A DNA stretch of 63,739 nt, the filler included, from Guillardia theta CCMP2712 (taxonomy: Eukaryota; Protista; Cryptophyta), in the NCBI RefSeq assembly GCF_000315625.1. It is 9 parts of 9 records of this genome, joined end to end, with 100 filler letters (N's around TTAATTAATTAA, not from the genome) between each part and the next. Parts side by side here need not be neighbours in the genome. Positions count along the whole stretch, not along the records: positions 20,055 to 43,568 come from NW_005434623.1; 8 more parts are not named here. The stretch is one strand, 5' to 3'. The translations under genes and the position numbers were made by a program. The notes below the pieces were generated by a model. The model did not search any database. It saw nothing but the letters and a program-made list of their open reading frames with translations, and was not told where the DNA came from. This document shows positions 22,871-35,099 of the stretch, piece after piece; the stretch's first letter is position 1; each line of letters starts with the position of its first letter.

Positions 22871-25800
22871 TTACGGGTTCCCCCGCTGCAGCAGCGTCTG
22901 TGCTCGTTCTATGAGGGCGGAGAGGTGGGTACTTCTTGTCTCTTTCCCCCTCCTCTCAGGCGGGACGTTCTCCTTTCCCATCCTCCTCTGCTGCCGGAGC
23001 CCCCGGTCGCCATCGGAGGACGGCGGATCCAGCGGACGACACCTTGCCATGTCGTCTTGCTGCCTGGAGGTCAGGAGGGAGAGCTCGGGCAGGAGAGCAG
23101 TGTCGTTGTAGTCCTGGAGGGAGCAGACAAGCTGCTGAAGTATCCTGTTCTGTTCCATGATGAGGTGGTTGGAGGATGCGGAGCTGTGCGAGTGTGAGAA
23201 GGCAGAGGGAGGAGAGGAGCGACTACCTCTTGTCTTGTTGAGATGTGCTGATGGCAGCAGGTTGAGGAGGAGGAACGTCTGAGGGAGAAGGGTGAGAGAC
23301 CGAGAGGGGGCAGGAAGATCAAAGAGGGAGAAGGCAAGGGAGGGGCAAGGAGAGACAAAACTTAAGGCGAGGAATGAGGAGAGGAGGAAGGAAGGAGAGG
23401 AAGAGGACTCTCAGGAGAGGGAGGGGAGGAGATTTCAAGGAGCCATACCGTGTGCCTTCTTCTTCAAGGCCTCTGCTTGTTTTCTAAAGTCTTGCTCAAG
23501 TTTCTCCGCGTCTTCTCGCGCTCTTCTCGCCTCCTCCTCCAGCTCTCTAGCCCTCCTGGCACAGACGCTCCGCTCCACCATCCTCAAGTGAACCTCCTCC
23601 TGCATCTGCTTCGCCTCTTTCTTCCGAGCGCTGAGCTCCTCCACCAGAAGCTGACGTGACCAAGACATCTCCGCCAGAGCCTTCTCGATGCACACAACTC
23701 GTCTCTCCTCCTCCTCCTCCCCGCCTCTTCCCCTGCCTCCTCGTTGCTCGCACTGGCATGCAGCATCGACTTGAGCAGGAGGAAGGGAGACGCTCCTTTC
23801 ACGCTCCTTCCTAGACAGCAGCTGCTGCACTGCAACCAGCTCCTGCTTGTAGTACTCCATGAGACCCGCAGCGTTGCTGAGCTCCTTCTCAAGACGCTGC
23901 CGGATCCCTGCCTGCTCCAACGCCTGCTGCCTGAACGCCAGCGTCTCAGCCCTGACCTTCTCTTGCTGCGTCCTCCGCCTCTCCAGCTCTCCTTCAGCTT
24001 CCCGCAGGTTGCACTCGAGGTGGGAGAGCTTGTTAGAAGTCGCGACCAGCTCGATCTCAACAGATCCCTTCTCAGCTTCCAGGAGCATGTGGAGATGCGA
24101 CAGGTGCGCACAAACCTCCTCCTTCGTCCTCTTCTCCTCAACCAGGCACGCGACCTTGCCTGCGAGCCGGGAGCAGACGACGGAGGCAAGCGCTGCCGCC
24201 TGCTCCTCCACCTCCTGCACCCTCCAGTCCAGCTCAGCCTGGGCTGTCTGCCACTCCTCCGCCACCCTCAGCTTCCTCCTCAGCCTCTTCACCTCGCTCC
24301 GGCACTGCATGAGAGCAGCACGTCCATCCTCCACCTCCCTCCGTAGACTCGCCGACTGCGCGAACTGATCGCGAAGGTCCTCTGCAAGTTCCATGAAGCA
24401 CCGACCAGACATCTCCACCTCTTTACCCAGCTGCACTGCAGAGGCCGCAAACTTGACGTTCCTCTCCTGGAAGACCACAAACCTATTGGAGAGCCTGTAG
24501 AGGTCCAGCTGGAGGGCTTCGCACTTGTCCTTCCACTCCCTGCAGGAGCAGGGCCGGCACCCGCCCCTTGCACTGCCCTCCTCCTCCCTCGCCCGCAGCA
24601 CTTCTCTTCGTTCCTCCTCCTTCGCTGCCTCCGCTGCCCTCAACTTCTTGCTCAGCCTTATAACCTCCTCCCTCCTCCCCTCCAGCTCCCCGAGGACAGA
24701 GCGATGGACGGAGCTCAAGTCAGCCAACGCTTGCTCGAGACCAAACACCTTCTTCTCATTCTCCAGCAGCCACACACTGCAGGTGCACAGCCTCTCCCCT
24801 CCCAACCGCAACCTCGCGAGGGAAGACATCTCAGCACGTAGCCTCTCCTCCGCCTCCCTCCGCCCTGCCTGGCTCGCCTCCAGCTCCCTCTTGCTCTCCC
24901 GCATCGCCTCCTCTACCTCCGACAGCCTCGCTCGCGTCTCCTCTGCCTTCCGCGACCAGAACTCCGCGTCCTGCCTCGCCGCCCCTGCCTCGTACGCAGC
25001 CTTCCTCAGCTCCTCGTCCCTCCTCGCCACCTCTCGCTTCAGCTCGGCCATCTCCTCCTCGCCTCCTCCGCTCCTCCTCCCTTCCTTCGTTGCCCCTCCT
25101 TCTGCTCTCCCCGCCCTCTCCTCCAGCGCTGCCTGCTGCTGCTTCAGCTCGGCTTCTAGCTGGCCCATCGCCTGCCTTGCTTGCTCCGCCTCCGCCCTCG
25201 CCAGCTCCGCCTCTCTTCGCTCCTCCCTCAATCGCGCCTCCTGGCCCGATATTGCCTCCTCCATCTGAGCTCGTGCTCCAGCAAGCCTCTCCTCCGCCTC
25301 CCTCCGCCCTGCCTGGCTCGCCTCCAGCTCCCTCTTGCTCTCCCGCATCGCCTCCTCTACCTCCGACAGCCTCGCTCGCGTCTCCTCTGCCTTCCGCGAC
25401 CAGAACTCCGCGTCCTGCCTCGCCGCCCCTGCCTCGTACGCAGCCTTCCTCAGCTCCTCGTCCCTCCTCGCCAACTCTCGCTTCAGCTCGGCCATCTCCT
25501 CCTCGCCTCCTCCGCTCCTCCTCCCTTCCTTCGTTGCCCCTCCCTCTGCTCTCCCCGCCCTCTCCTCCAGCACTGCCTGCTGCTGCTTCAGCTCGGCTTC
25601 TAGCTGGCCCATCGCCTGCCTTGCTTGCTCCGCCTCTGCCCTCGCCCGCTCCGCCTCTCTTCGCTCCTCCCTCAATCGCGCATCCTTGGCCGACATCTCT
25701 TCTTGAAGTTGCTTTAGAGTCTGTTGGTTTCCAATGTGCGTAAGTGCCATTCTGGAGTTGTGACAGTCAATCGTGATCATCCTTTGGAGAATGAGCTCAG

Positions 25801-28339
25801 CTTGCCTCTCCAGCTCATCAACGAGTTCAGAGGTTGACGCCAACATGCGCAAGCTTTTCTTGTCCTCCCTCGCTACCTTTTCAGCATCTTCGCACATTGC
25901 CCTCATTCTCTCTACCTGAGCTTGAAGAGCTTCCGACTTCTCCAGCAGCCTCCCCCTCTCCCCCTCGACCTCCTCAAGCCTCCTCAGAAGCTCAAACCGC
26001 TTAGTCTGATGCGACGGTGACATCAGGAACGATGCCGCCTCCTCCAGACGCTGCTTCTCTCCCGTCAAGCCCTCCACCCTCTCGACAAGCTTTCTCCTCT
26101 CCTCCTTCAGCCCCGCTGCTTCCTCCTTGCCTGCCTCGGCCTCTCGCCTGCTCTCCGCAAGCTCGCCCCTGACCCGATCTAGCTCCTGGCCAAGGGACTC
26201 GAGCTCCTGCCTGACCGACTGATGTTGTTCCGATAGTTCCTCAAGCTGCGCTCTGCTATCCTCAAGTTTGGAAGCAAGATTGGCTTTCTCGTTTTGTACC
26301 TCTTCCAAAATGATTTGCAGGCCATGGAGACTCTGCTGGTAGTACGAGGAGTGCGTGCCAATCTCCAAGATTTTCTTTTGCTGCTGCTCGAAGACCATCA
26401 TTGCAGACTTGTTCTCCTCTTCCAATTCACGAATTGATTCAGAACAGGATCGGACGGTGGCGTGGATGTAGTCTACAAACTTGGAGACTTCGCTGCTGCA
26501 AGCTTGTCGTTTCAAGGTCAAATCGCTGATCGTCTTTTTGGAGTCGTCCAGCAGCGTGGTAAGATTATGTTTCTCCTTCTCAAGAGCCTCAAACTGCCTG
26601 TCGTTCTGCATCTTCTTTGCCTGATGGGAGGGAGACATCAGAAACGCTGCCGCCTGTTCCAGCGCCTTCTTTTCATGCTCCAACTTCTCAATCCTTAGAG
26701 TAAGAGCCCTCTTCTCTTGGATGTGAGTAGAAATTTCTTGCTCATGGCAGGAGGCTTGCACCAACAGCTCTGAGAATCGCGTGTCAACATCAGCAGCCTC
26801 CCGTTTAAGCTGTTCCATGTTCGACATCAGTCTTGACACCTACGTCGACCCATCAAACGATGAATGAAGGGATGACATGGAGCAGATGTGGAAAGGAAAC
26901 TTGGGGGTGGCTGAAGAGAGTAAGAAAGATCGAACGGAAGGAAAGAGAAAGAGGGGAGGAGCAGAGAAGAAGCAGATTGGCACCTGCAATTCGACTGATC
27001 CCTTCTCTTGATTGAGATGTTCTATTTCCTTGGAAAGTTGGTCTTTCTCTTTCTTCTGTCTGCCGATTTCAACCTCAAGATTTTCGTTTGTCCTAGCCAG
27101 CGTCTTCGACAGCAACCTGAGCTCATCAAGCTCTTTCACCTGCGCCTGGTGTCTCTGCTCTAGTTCAAGATACTGCTTCCTCCAACGAAAGTCCTCTGAC
27201 ACGTGAGGATCTGGCGGAGCAAGTGCCTGAGAGGAGGGTTCATATCATGTTGGCGATGAAGGCAAGGAGCAGTACCATCGGTCGATCGGGCAAGCTCTCC
27301 AAAGAATGCTTCAGGTTCTCAATCTCTGAGGCGAGGATCTGCTGGTCCTTGACAAAAGAGGATTCTTTCATCGAGTGCAGCAGCTGCTGGACTTCGCAAA
27401 CGAAGATCCGACTGCCCTCCATGCACACTCCAGTCTTCCTCGAGAATTCCTTGTAGGGGGACACCAGCTTCGGAAAGAACATGTGCTTGGCTCTCTCGGA
27501 CAACGAGCTCTTGAGTTTCTCAGTCTCGGCAAGATCTGTCTGTGCAAACATGGCGTTGACAGTCTGCCGATCGTTGTAAATTCCAGTGAGAGACAAGGAC
27601 CGAAGACTTACTTGGATGGCTTGCATCGCTGCCATGCTGATCGCCTGCTTCTCTGCTAGCCCCTCGATGATAGCGCACACTCGACGACGATGGCTCACTG
27701 TCGGGGAGAACTCTGGCTTTGCCGGGCTGGACACCTGGCGGACGAGTCGTCAGCACTGAGTTTCAGCAGCCCTTTATCGTCACCTGGCCAAACTGTGTGC
27801 TGAGTGAGATTACGATTCCTGCATACTTCTCCTTGGGATGATCCATGGCGGCCTCGTCTGCAGCAACGTGCCGACGTCAGGCATGGTCAGAGGGAGAAAT
27901 GCTTCCCACTTGAGCTCGTGTCGGGAGTGCTCAAGCCTTTCAAGGACGGATTGTCCTCCATCTCGCTTTGGTTCGCTGTTTCCGTGTCTTTGTTCTTCTT
28001 CTTATTCCATGGCGGAGTAAACACCTTCTTTGATTTGCCTGATCCATTGGAGGTCAATACAACACTGTCATCATCGGATATCGTGGCAAACCAAGATTGT
28101 TCATTGCACGCAGAGTGTATGTCGGTAGAAAATTTCAGCTCCCACTACTCCCAACTGAAAACAGATGCCACGGACAAGTCAAGCACAGAAAAAAACACAT
28201 TCAAGTCCCCGAGTTCATCCTAATCTTGCCGCGCTTCGATTCTTTCAGTGATCGGCGTCAACAACATCATCAGCAGACATAGTGTCTTCGTCGATCTTCT
28301 CCTACACTTCTCCATGACATGCGACTGCTCACCTGACAT
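22871..28339 (-). CDS. Very large coiled-coil protein (E/R/A-rich; centrosomal or golgin-like)
   Basis: 1134-codon uninterrupted ORF 23435-26839 with heptad character, plus coiled-coil exons at 26990-27200 and 27240-28220 and a 3' exon near 22871-23160. Ends approximate. Confidence 0.8.
24840..25681. repeat. In-frame intragenic duplication, period 444 bp (148 aa)
   Basis: 24840-25237 is nearly identical to 25284-25681. Confidence 0.95.
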
Positions 28340-28442
28340 GGCTCGCCACTCCTGCCATATTCACCCGCCTTTTCTTCCGGAAACCTCAAATTCAAAAACT
28401 CGTTTAGCTCCGACTTTGAGGGACTATCATTAAAATCGATTA

Positions 28443-28490
28443 GCTCAACCGTGCACGGTTGAGCCCGGGGTCACCGGGCCCGGGGTGACC
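28443..28490. promoter_or_regulatory. Tandem palindromes upstream of the coiled-coil gene
   Basis: Perfect 22-bp GCTCAACCGTGCACGGTTGAGC followed by GGTCACC-GGGCCCGG-GGTGACC. The regulatory role is inference. Confidence 0.45.
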
Positions 28491-29709
28491 TCAACTTGTG
28501 GGCCCGTGACCAATTTTTATTGTATTAATGCTACGTCCTCCATTCACGCGGAAAGAGAGTTTTTCGAGCTGAGATTGACCGGAGATGAAAGCAAAAATCT
28601 TGTAACAAATCAGAGCTGATGCCAAAAGACTTATTTTGAGTTATCAATATATATGTTGCATTTCAGATCTGAATCGCCTCTTCTTCTCTTCGTCGGCCTC
28701 CCTTGTCTTTGGGGTCGCATCTATTGGATGTACCCGTGGTTACACAAGGGAAAACCACCGGCCGATAGGTCTTGCAAAATTGAATGCTCGCTTGGTAGTC
28801 CGGTACCGGTACTCCCTGGGTGACTACCGGACGAATTCTGGTAAAATTATCCGGTTCAGACGTACCCTCTGTCCCCTTTCTTTGCTGTTTTTGCACCCGT
28901 GGCTTCTAGGATCTACTTCACCGGTGTATGGAACTTTGGCACCCGTAGTTTTTACATGAGAATAGACCGGTGGTAAACGTTCCAAGGTCCAAGTTTTTGT
29001 TTTGAAAATGAAAAGTGTTATATAATAAAAAAATCATTTAAATAAAAAATAGTTATTCTTGTATATAAGTAGTTATTCTTTTACGGAGGGATCTACAAAT
29101 TGTCTTGAATCCAAGGGGTAGGGGTCAGTGAGCAGCACTACCACCATTTGGCATATCATATGGACCGGTGGATTGTGATCTTTGCAATGGGGACACCATA
29201 ATTTCATGGGTGGGGTGGAGCGAGGCATTGCAGACGAAAAGCACCCACCCCAATGACGAGAATGTGTCCCACCCCATGCACCAACAAAAGTAAACTCTAC
29301 CCCTATCAATTACCCAAAAATCACTGGGTTCATACCCCTCCATTTTACTACCCCTACCTACAACAATCCAACACCCTTGCTGCGATGCACCCCACTCATC
29401 AAATCCTTTACACACTACCCCACCCTCATGAAAGAAAAGAATCTCTGGCCAAGTTCCCAATGTACCCGTCCATTTCGTCATCCCCACCCCCATAAAAGAA
29501 TCTTCTGTGGCATCGAAAATTCTTCAGCACTAAGTGAGCTAATATATTAGAAACAATAAGCTCAAATTGTCATATAGTATGCACCCTCGCCCTTTGCGGG
29601 AATGATTGCTGTACCATCATCGTTCCATTCCATTTGAAGTACCCTACCCCTGTATTTCTATTACCCACCCCTGGAATCCAAATCGCCGCAACAAGGTTTG
29701 AAACGCTGT

Positions 29710-30626
29710 GATGATGCATCCTTTCAGCCCCCCAAAAAAGCTTACTATAAAAGTGCTCTTGCTACAAGAGCATGTGGCAAGGAGAGATGAGAGAAGAAGG
29801 CTGGAGCACGAAGGAGAGTGGAAGGAGAAGAGGCAGGAGGAGGATACAAGGGTAACCAACACGATTAGCTACAAAGCTACTTGTGCATGAAGATAGATTG
29901 TGCAAGGAATCGAATAACATGGCTAGGAGCAGCTACTTGCATGTACACCTAAGGTGGCAGATGCGTGTTTTGTAAGATAGTCCTGAAGGCTGAGAAAAAT
30001 GAATGCCATACGATCACCATACGAGAAAAACATAGAGAAACTCAATTTCAGACGAGATGCAACTCATTTGATGAAAGAGATAAGGGGGGTGACCGCGTAG
30101 GTCCCCAAGAGTGTTTCATGGATACCCAGCAAGCACGTGATCATATCCTTGAAAGGCTTTGTAGCCAGCATGATGTCTCAAGTATCCTTCATTGTGATAG
30201 ATTGCACATGCCACGTCGTTTTTAGTCACTTTCCCCTGTGTTTCTTTCATATTCTCCTGTTGTTTTCCATAGCGCAATGGAACCGGGGATGCGGCTCCTT
30301 CAGGGTGTGTGACAGTGGTGTTGCTACAGATGTTTACTTCTACTTTGAATCGCATCCCGCGTGGAGCCCTCAGGGCCCAACAGTCACGTGCAAAATCAGC
30401 TGCCATCGCTGCTCAGCAGAAGTGGCAAGACCTTGTCAAGTAAGTGCTATGATATACCACATGTACCGTAATACAAAATGACAGGAACAGCACCAAGGTG
30501 GAGCAGACTGTCAAGGATGGCGCCAAGAATGTGCAGTCTGATTGGCAGGACCTTGTCAGAGCTGCCAATAAGATCATTCCAGATGAGCCAGTGGTGACAG
30601 AGGCCAAGGTTACTGTCAAGGTATAA
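29710..30626 (+). CDS. Hypothetical multi-exon gene
   Basis: Last exons read AAQQKWQDLVK|NSTKVEQTVKDGAKNVQSDWQDLVRAANKIIPDEPVVTEAKVTVKV*, with an internal WQDLV repeat. 5' part uncertain. Confidence 0.45.
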
Positions 30627-31287
30627 AACAAAGTTGAATGATCGCTCAACAGATCGTTTAACGATTCTCGCAGGCAGTCCACGGTGTCAGCATGTAAATT
30701 GTAGTCATATAATCCTAAATCTTTATTGTTTGATCGCCTCTTCGTGAGAATTTTCTACGGTTTTGTAATATGGTAAATTGTGTTTGCATGAAATTTGGAG
30801 CATGTTTAGTTTCTGGCAACACGCTCTCCCCTGAACACATACGTGATGGTCAAAAGAATGTCTCGACAAGATCGGTACATATTGCAGAGTGCGTGGGTTG
30901 GATCAATATATTGTTCTATATCATACTGGATACTAGCTGCTAGTATGCACCCAACAGGGGCAATTAAAAATCAGCTTGATGTTTCTCAAGGGATGGAGTC
31001 CTCTTCTGTAACTGTAATGCGCTCAAACGCAACACGGGCTTGGAGATTGAGAATTCTTCTAATTGTCTTCACGCGTAATTATCTTGCAAGTAGAATTGTC
31101 TAGTCATGAGTCTAAAGTACTATCTTGGTAGAGTAATATTTTGCTCACTAAGACTAGAACCACGTTGAGATTGAGGCCCAAGGATATCTCAAACTATTCA
31201 CATGCATGTTCATCATGGTTGATTTGCCACAATTTCATTTCCAATCCCTCTGCCCCCAACAAGGGGCGAGCATATTGCCAAATCCAG

Positions 31288-31683
31288 TCATCTCGTGCCA
31301 GCTTGTTCTCTGTCAAGCACTCCCTCTTCAAGGCACATCATTGTAGTCTCCTTGAGTTCCAACTGGCATGCTCCTGTCTGAGTTGCAGGCCTCGAAGTCT
31401 CATCCTCCGTCATTCCCGTAGCCTTCGCTCGTGCCTTCATCACGCTGTTCCACAGCAGCTCGCCCGTACCCGCACTCTGCCTTCGCTTCTTGGACTGCTC
31501 GGAGGGAAGACTGTCTAGCTGTGGAAAGCTTGCCCTGCGACTAGGAGCAGCATGCTGGGAGAGGGTCCAGTCGGGAGAGGGCTTGATGGTACGCCGGAGC
31601 CGGATGTCGTTTGGCTGAGGAGTTTGATGGGTAGGAGGAGCAGAAGGCGCTGCAGGTGAGGCATGGATCGAATCTTGGACCAT
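31288..31683 (-). CDS. Unknown small protein family 'X', copy 1 (divergent from RWP2)
   Basis: MVQDS...NDIRLRRTIKPSPDWTLSQHAAPSRRASFPQLDSLPSEQSKKRRQSAGTGELLWNSVMKAR...; differences between copies are mostly synonymous in this frame. Confidence 0.7.
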   Translation of the reverse strand: MVQDSIHASPAAPSAPPTHQTPQPNDIRLRRTIKPSPDWTLSQHAAPSRRASFPQLDSLPSEQSKKRRQSAGTGELLWNSVMKARAKATGMTEDETSRPATQTGACQLELKETTMMCLEEGVLDREQAGTR

Positions 31684-32196
31684 CTTGGCTAGTGGAGCTC
31701 CTGAACCCGTGCAGTTGAAGTTCGTGCTTGTGGTGGTGGTGGTGGTGGTGGTGGTGGTGGTGGTGGTAGGGGGCTCGCAACGTAGAGATTTTTCCTCAAG
31801 AATCACGAGGGCGGGGAGATAGAATTTACACTTAAAAGAGATACAGCTGCAAGATATGCCTTAGGGTACAATGATAAAATTGACAGTCAGAGATGTGGAG
31901 GGTCAGAGAAGTTGCGGGGTCTTGGAATCTAGCGATACACGTCTGGGCCTTACAGCAGTCACGAGGGACATGGGTCTACTCGACCTTCTCAAGTCGCAAA
32001 ACTAAGTCTTTTCGTCAAGAAGGCGCAATGTAGTAAAATGAGAAACTCCGAAAAGACTGCGTCTCGTGTTCACGTGCTCACTGCGTTAAAACGGATTCGG
32101 ATACAATCCCTGCCGCAACCCTCAACTCTCCTCTCCTCCCTCCTCCATTCGTCTTGGAAGGCTCTGACATCCTCGGCCCTCCCGCTAGAACCTCTC

Positions 32197-32697
32197 ATGC
32201 ACACCATGGAGACGATGCCTCTCAAGATCTTTCCTAGGAGGAAGCAGGGTCAGACCACCAGGGCGCCTGACGTCAGCCTGACATATGAACGAGTATCCTC
32301 CTTCTTTCACATGCGACTAGAAGATGCTGCGCATGAGCTGGTGAGAGCAATGCTCATTCAGTATGATAAATTCTTTGATCTCACGCAGACATTGCAGGGA
32401 ATCTCTTTGACTGCCTTAAGAAGCGCATGCCGGCGGCTAGGAATCGAGCGATGGCCATACAGCAGGAGTGGAAGAGAGGCAGAGGAAGCAAACATCACCC
32501 TGGAAGACAACACAGTCAGCATCGACACAGAGCGTGGAGATGGTGCAACAGAAGTGAATATTGCTGAGGGGGAGTCTCACGAGGACATTGAAATGGAGGA
32601 GCAGCAAAATCCAGACTATGAGGTTCATCCTCGGAGTCCAACTGCCTCTTTTGTAGAGTGGTACGTGAACATACCTCTTGACTCTGAAGAAGTCTAG
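32197..32697 (+). CDS. RWP-RK transcription factor (RWP2); intron 32341-32397
   Basis: LKIFPRRKQGQ...LTYERVSSFFHMRLEDAAHEL|GISLTALRSACRRLGIERWPYSR...FVEWYVNIPLDSEEV*; same intron position as RWP1. Confidence 0.92.
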   Translation: MHTMETMPLKIFPRRKQGQTTRAPDVSLTYERVSSFFHMRLEDAAHELVRAMLIQYDKFFDLTQTLQGISLTALRSACRRLGIERWPYSRSGREAEEANITLEDNTVSIDTERGDGATEVNIAEGESHEDIEMEEQQNPDYEVHPRSPTASFVEWYVNIPLDSEEV

Positions 32698-33430
32698 GGA
32701 ATCTGGACGATTCTAGCTTTCAACTGCTCGACGCGCCTTTCATGCCTTCATGCGTGAATGTGGAGAACAGCACTGAGTGTATTTTGAAAGAGAGTATTAC
32801 TGTCTGTTATGCATCATTATTTTCTCGACTATTCCCCTTCAATAAGTTTTTCTTGTAAAGTCCTACCTTCTACTTCTTTTGAAAGTTTGTTTCTTTGATT
32901 GTACTGCTCTCAAGGAGCCATGAGACGCCTTGTTTGATGAAAAAAAGTAAGTGGTTGCTATCCATTGCTCCAGTGTTTCTACACGCTTCAATGAGAGCTA
33001 ATTGGACGCGCTCTTTCATTCTTTTGTGAAAGGTCACGTAGACCCCATACCGACAAGACCAACGTGTGACTGATGAAACATTGTCATGTGCCATCTTACG
33101 TGCATATTTTCTCACCAACACGTTTCTGAGCAATCACAACGTAGCATCACTTGACACTTGATGTTCCGATTTTCTACCATTCAATCGACGTCAGCCTGAC
33201 AGACCCGCCTCAGTGCCTTATACATGTAATACTTATAATACTATAAGGTCACGAGGCTGCAAACAGAAATTTGAAAAGACCTGTTTTCCTTTCAAGTATG
33301 CTACGTGACCAGAGGACTCGATTTCTGCCATCTTTATCTCCCCCAACACGTAGGAAGGGAAGCCAGGGAAGCAAGAGAAAACGTCCGCGAAAGCATCAGA
33401 TCTGCTAATAATTTCTGCATCATAGCTGAT

Positions 33431-34086
33431 ATGGAGCAACGCCCGATCAAGATCTTCCCCCGCAGGAAGCAAGGTCAGCCCTCCCGAGGCCCCGACGTCT
33501 ACCTCACCCACGACCGCCTCGCCTCCTTCTTCCACATGCGCCAGAAAGACGCTGCCGAGAAGCTGGTAAGACCTCCTCTACACCATGCTTGAGTGAGCGT
33601 GGTTGTAAGAGCCAAGGAAAGGGGAGCGGGGAGTGTGGGGGGGGGGGGGGGGGGGGGGGGGGGGGGCGGATCTAAGAGGATCTGAGGGGGAGTGAGAGTG
33701 CGACGCAGGGGATCTCGCTGTCGGCGATGAGGAGCGCCTGCCGGCGTCTGGGGATCGAGCGATGGCCATACAGCAAGAGCGAGCGGGAGGAAGAGGAAGG
33801 AGGCAGCAAGGATGGCGACGAAGAAGACCAAGAGGAGGGAGAGATCCCTGGATCAGAGCCTGACAGGATGCCTGTAGAGCAAGTCGCTGATGCTATGGCA
33901 ACTTCGAGTGAGGGTTCTCCTGTCATGGAGGACGCAACAACTGCAGCTGCTTCTGGAAGCTCCAGTGATCCAATCATGTGGGGAGGCCAAGACGAGGTTC
34001 CTACGCCTGAGGTGCTGCCCCGGCCGCCGTCGGAAGCCTTCATGAAATGGTATGCGAGCGTTCCTAACGAGTCTGAGGATGTCTAG
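33431..34086 (+). CDS. RWP-RK transcription factor (RWP3); intron 33566-33708
   Basis: MEQRPIKIFPRRKQGQ...FHMRQKDAAEKL|GISLSAMRSACRRLGIERWPYSK...FMKWYASVPNESEDV*. Confidence 0.92.
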
Positions 34087-34875
34087 TGTGTAGCACGGTG
34101 GTCTCAAAGAAGATAAGACGAGAGGATGCAGACAGCATGCGACGATCGAGAGGAAGGTGGCAGAAGCTTTGAAGCATTACCACATTCATAAAGATTGCAT
34201 GTTAGACATTACATTGCTCCCTTCCATGGCAATCATTTCCAGACATTTCAATGATGTCTATTCTGTGAAATCAATTTATTGGGCAGCATTTGCTCATCGA
34301 GGAACTGCTTTCACTCTGTTGTTTCAACCGACTCCTGAGACTTTGATCCTTGAGAAATGGAAGGAAACGTTTCAAGGCAAGGGCGGGCACAGCCTGTAAG
34401 TTGGAACATGATCAGATATAACGATTTGTTCGCATGAGATGTCTTGAACGAATGATGTTTGGAGCTATTTCAAGGTACAAGGCAACTCCACTCCTTTCTG
34501 TTTGAGATGTCCACAAGTAGAAAGCTGTGAAATGTTCGTTGCAAAGAAATGAGGCACCTGGAACTAATCGTTCCATGAAAACATCTTGCCCTGTAGATTT
34601 TGCGTCGAATTGAGGATTGAAATGAGCTCTTGTTTGACGGTTTTTGGCTTCGCACACTCCAATATCATGCGGATTTTTGAGATGTAATCCTTTGCTAGAC
34701 ATGCTTCATGACAACGCGGACAAGTAGGGTTACGAGTTGCCGTCCATGATACTGTGCATCGAAAGAAAAAGAAAAAAAGAAAAGAAACCAAGGTAAAACT
34801 TTTGCCTGCGTTGTTTTATTATTTATGGGGAGAAGATATGGGGGAGATCTGACTGCTGACTGCTTCGGAGTTGCT

Positions 34876-35037
34876 TTCCCAATGCCTGTTTTGAACGCAA
34901 CGTTTCGAGCTAGGGGGAAGCACTAACTGCTTCCCAATGCCTGTTTTGAACGCAACGTTTCGAGCTAGAGCTTTACTATACGTTGAGATGCGGAGGTCAT
35001 TCCCGCGTGACCTCTGTCATTCCCTCGTGACCTCTGT
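34876..35037 (+). repeat. 38-bp direct repeat plus 20-bp tandem repeat upstream of X2
   Basis: TTCCCAATGCCTGTTTTGAACGCAACGTTTCGAGCTAG at 34876 and 34931; GTCATTCCC(G/T)CGTGACCTCT x2 at ~34996-35035. Confidence 0.9.
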
Positions 35038-35099
35038 ATCTGTAAATCGCTCAATCTCCACAAGACAAAGCTCGGAATCCTCCATACTCCTACGAACCC

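Noticed and set aside
22227-23111. 294-aa plus-strand ORF
   Set aside because: Reads through pyrimidine introns of the FUT8-like gene and antisense of the neighbouring gene.
23450-25743. Long plus-strand ORFs
   Set aside because: Antisense shadows of the E/R/A-rich coiled-coil exon.
32870-33133. 87-aa minus-strand ORF between RWP2 and RWP3 (and similar short ORFs at 34.1-34.8 kb and 36.2-37.1 kb)
   Set aside because: AT-richer intergenic composition, no homology among themselves and no motif support.
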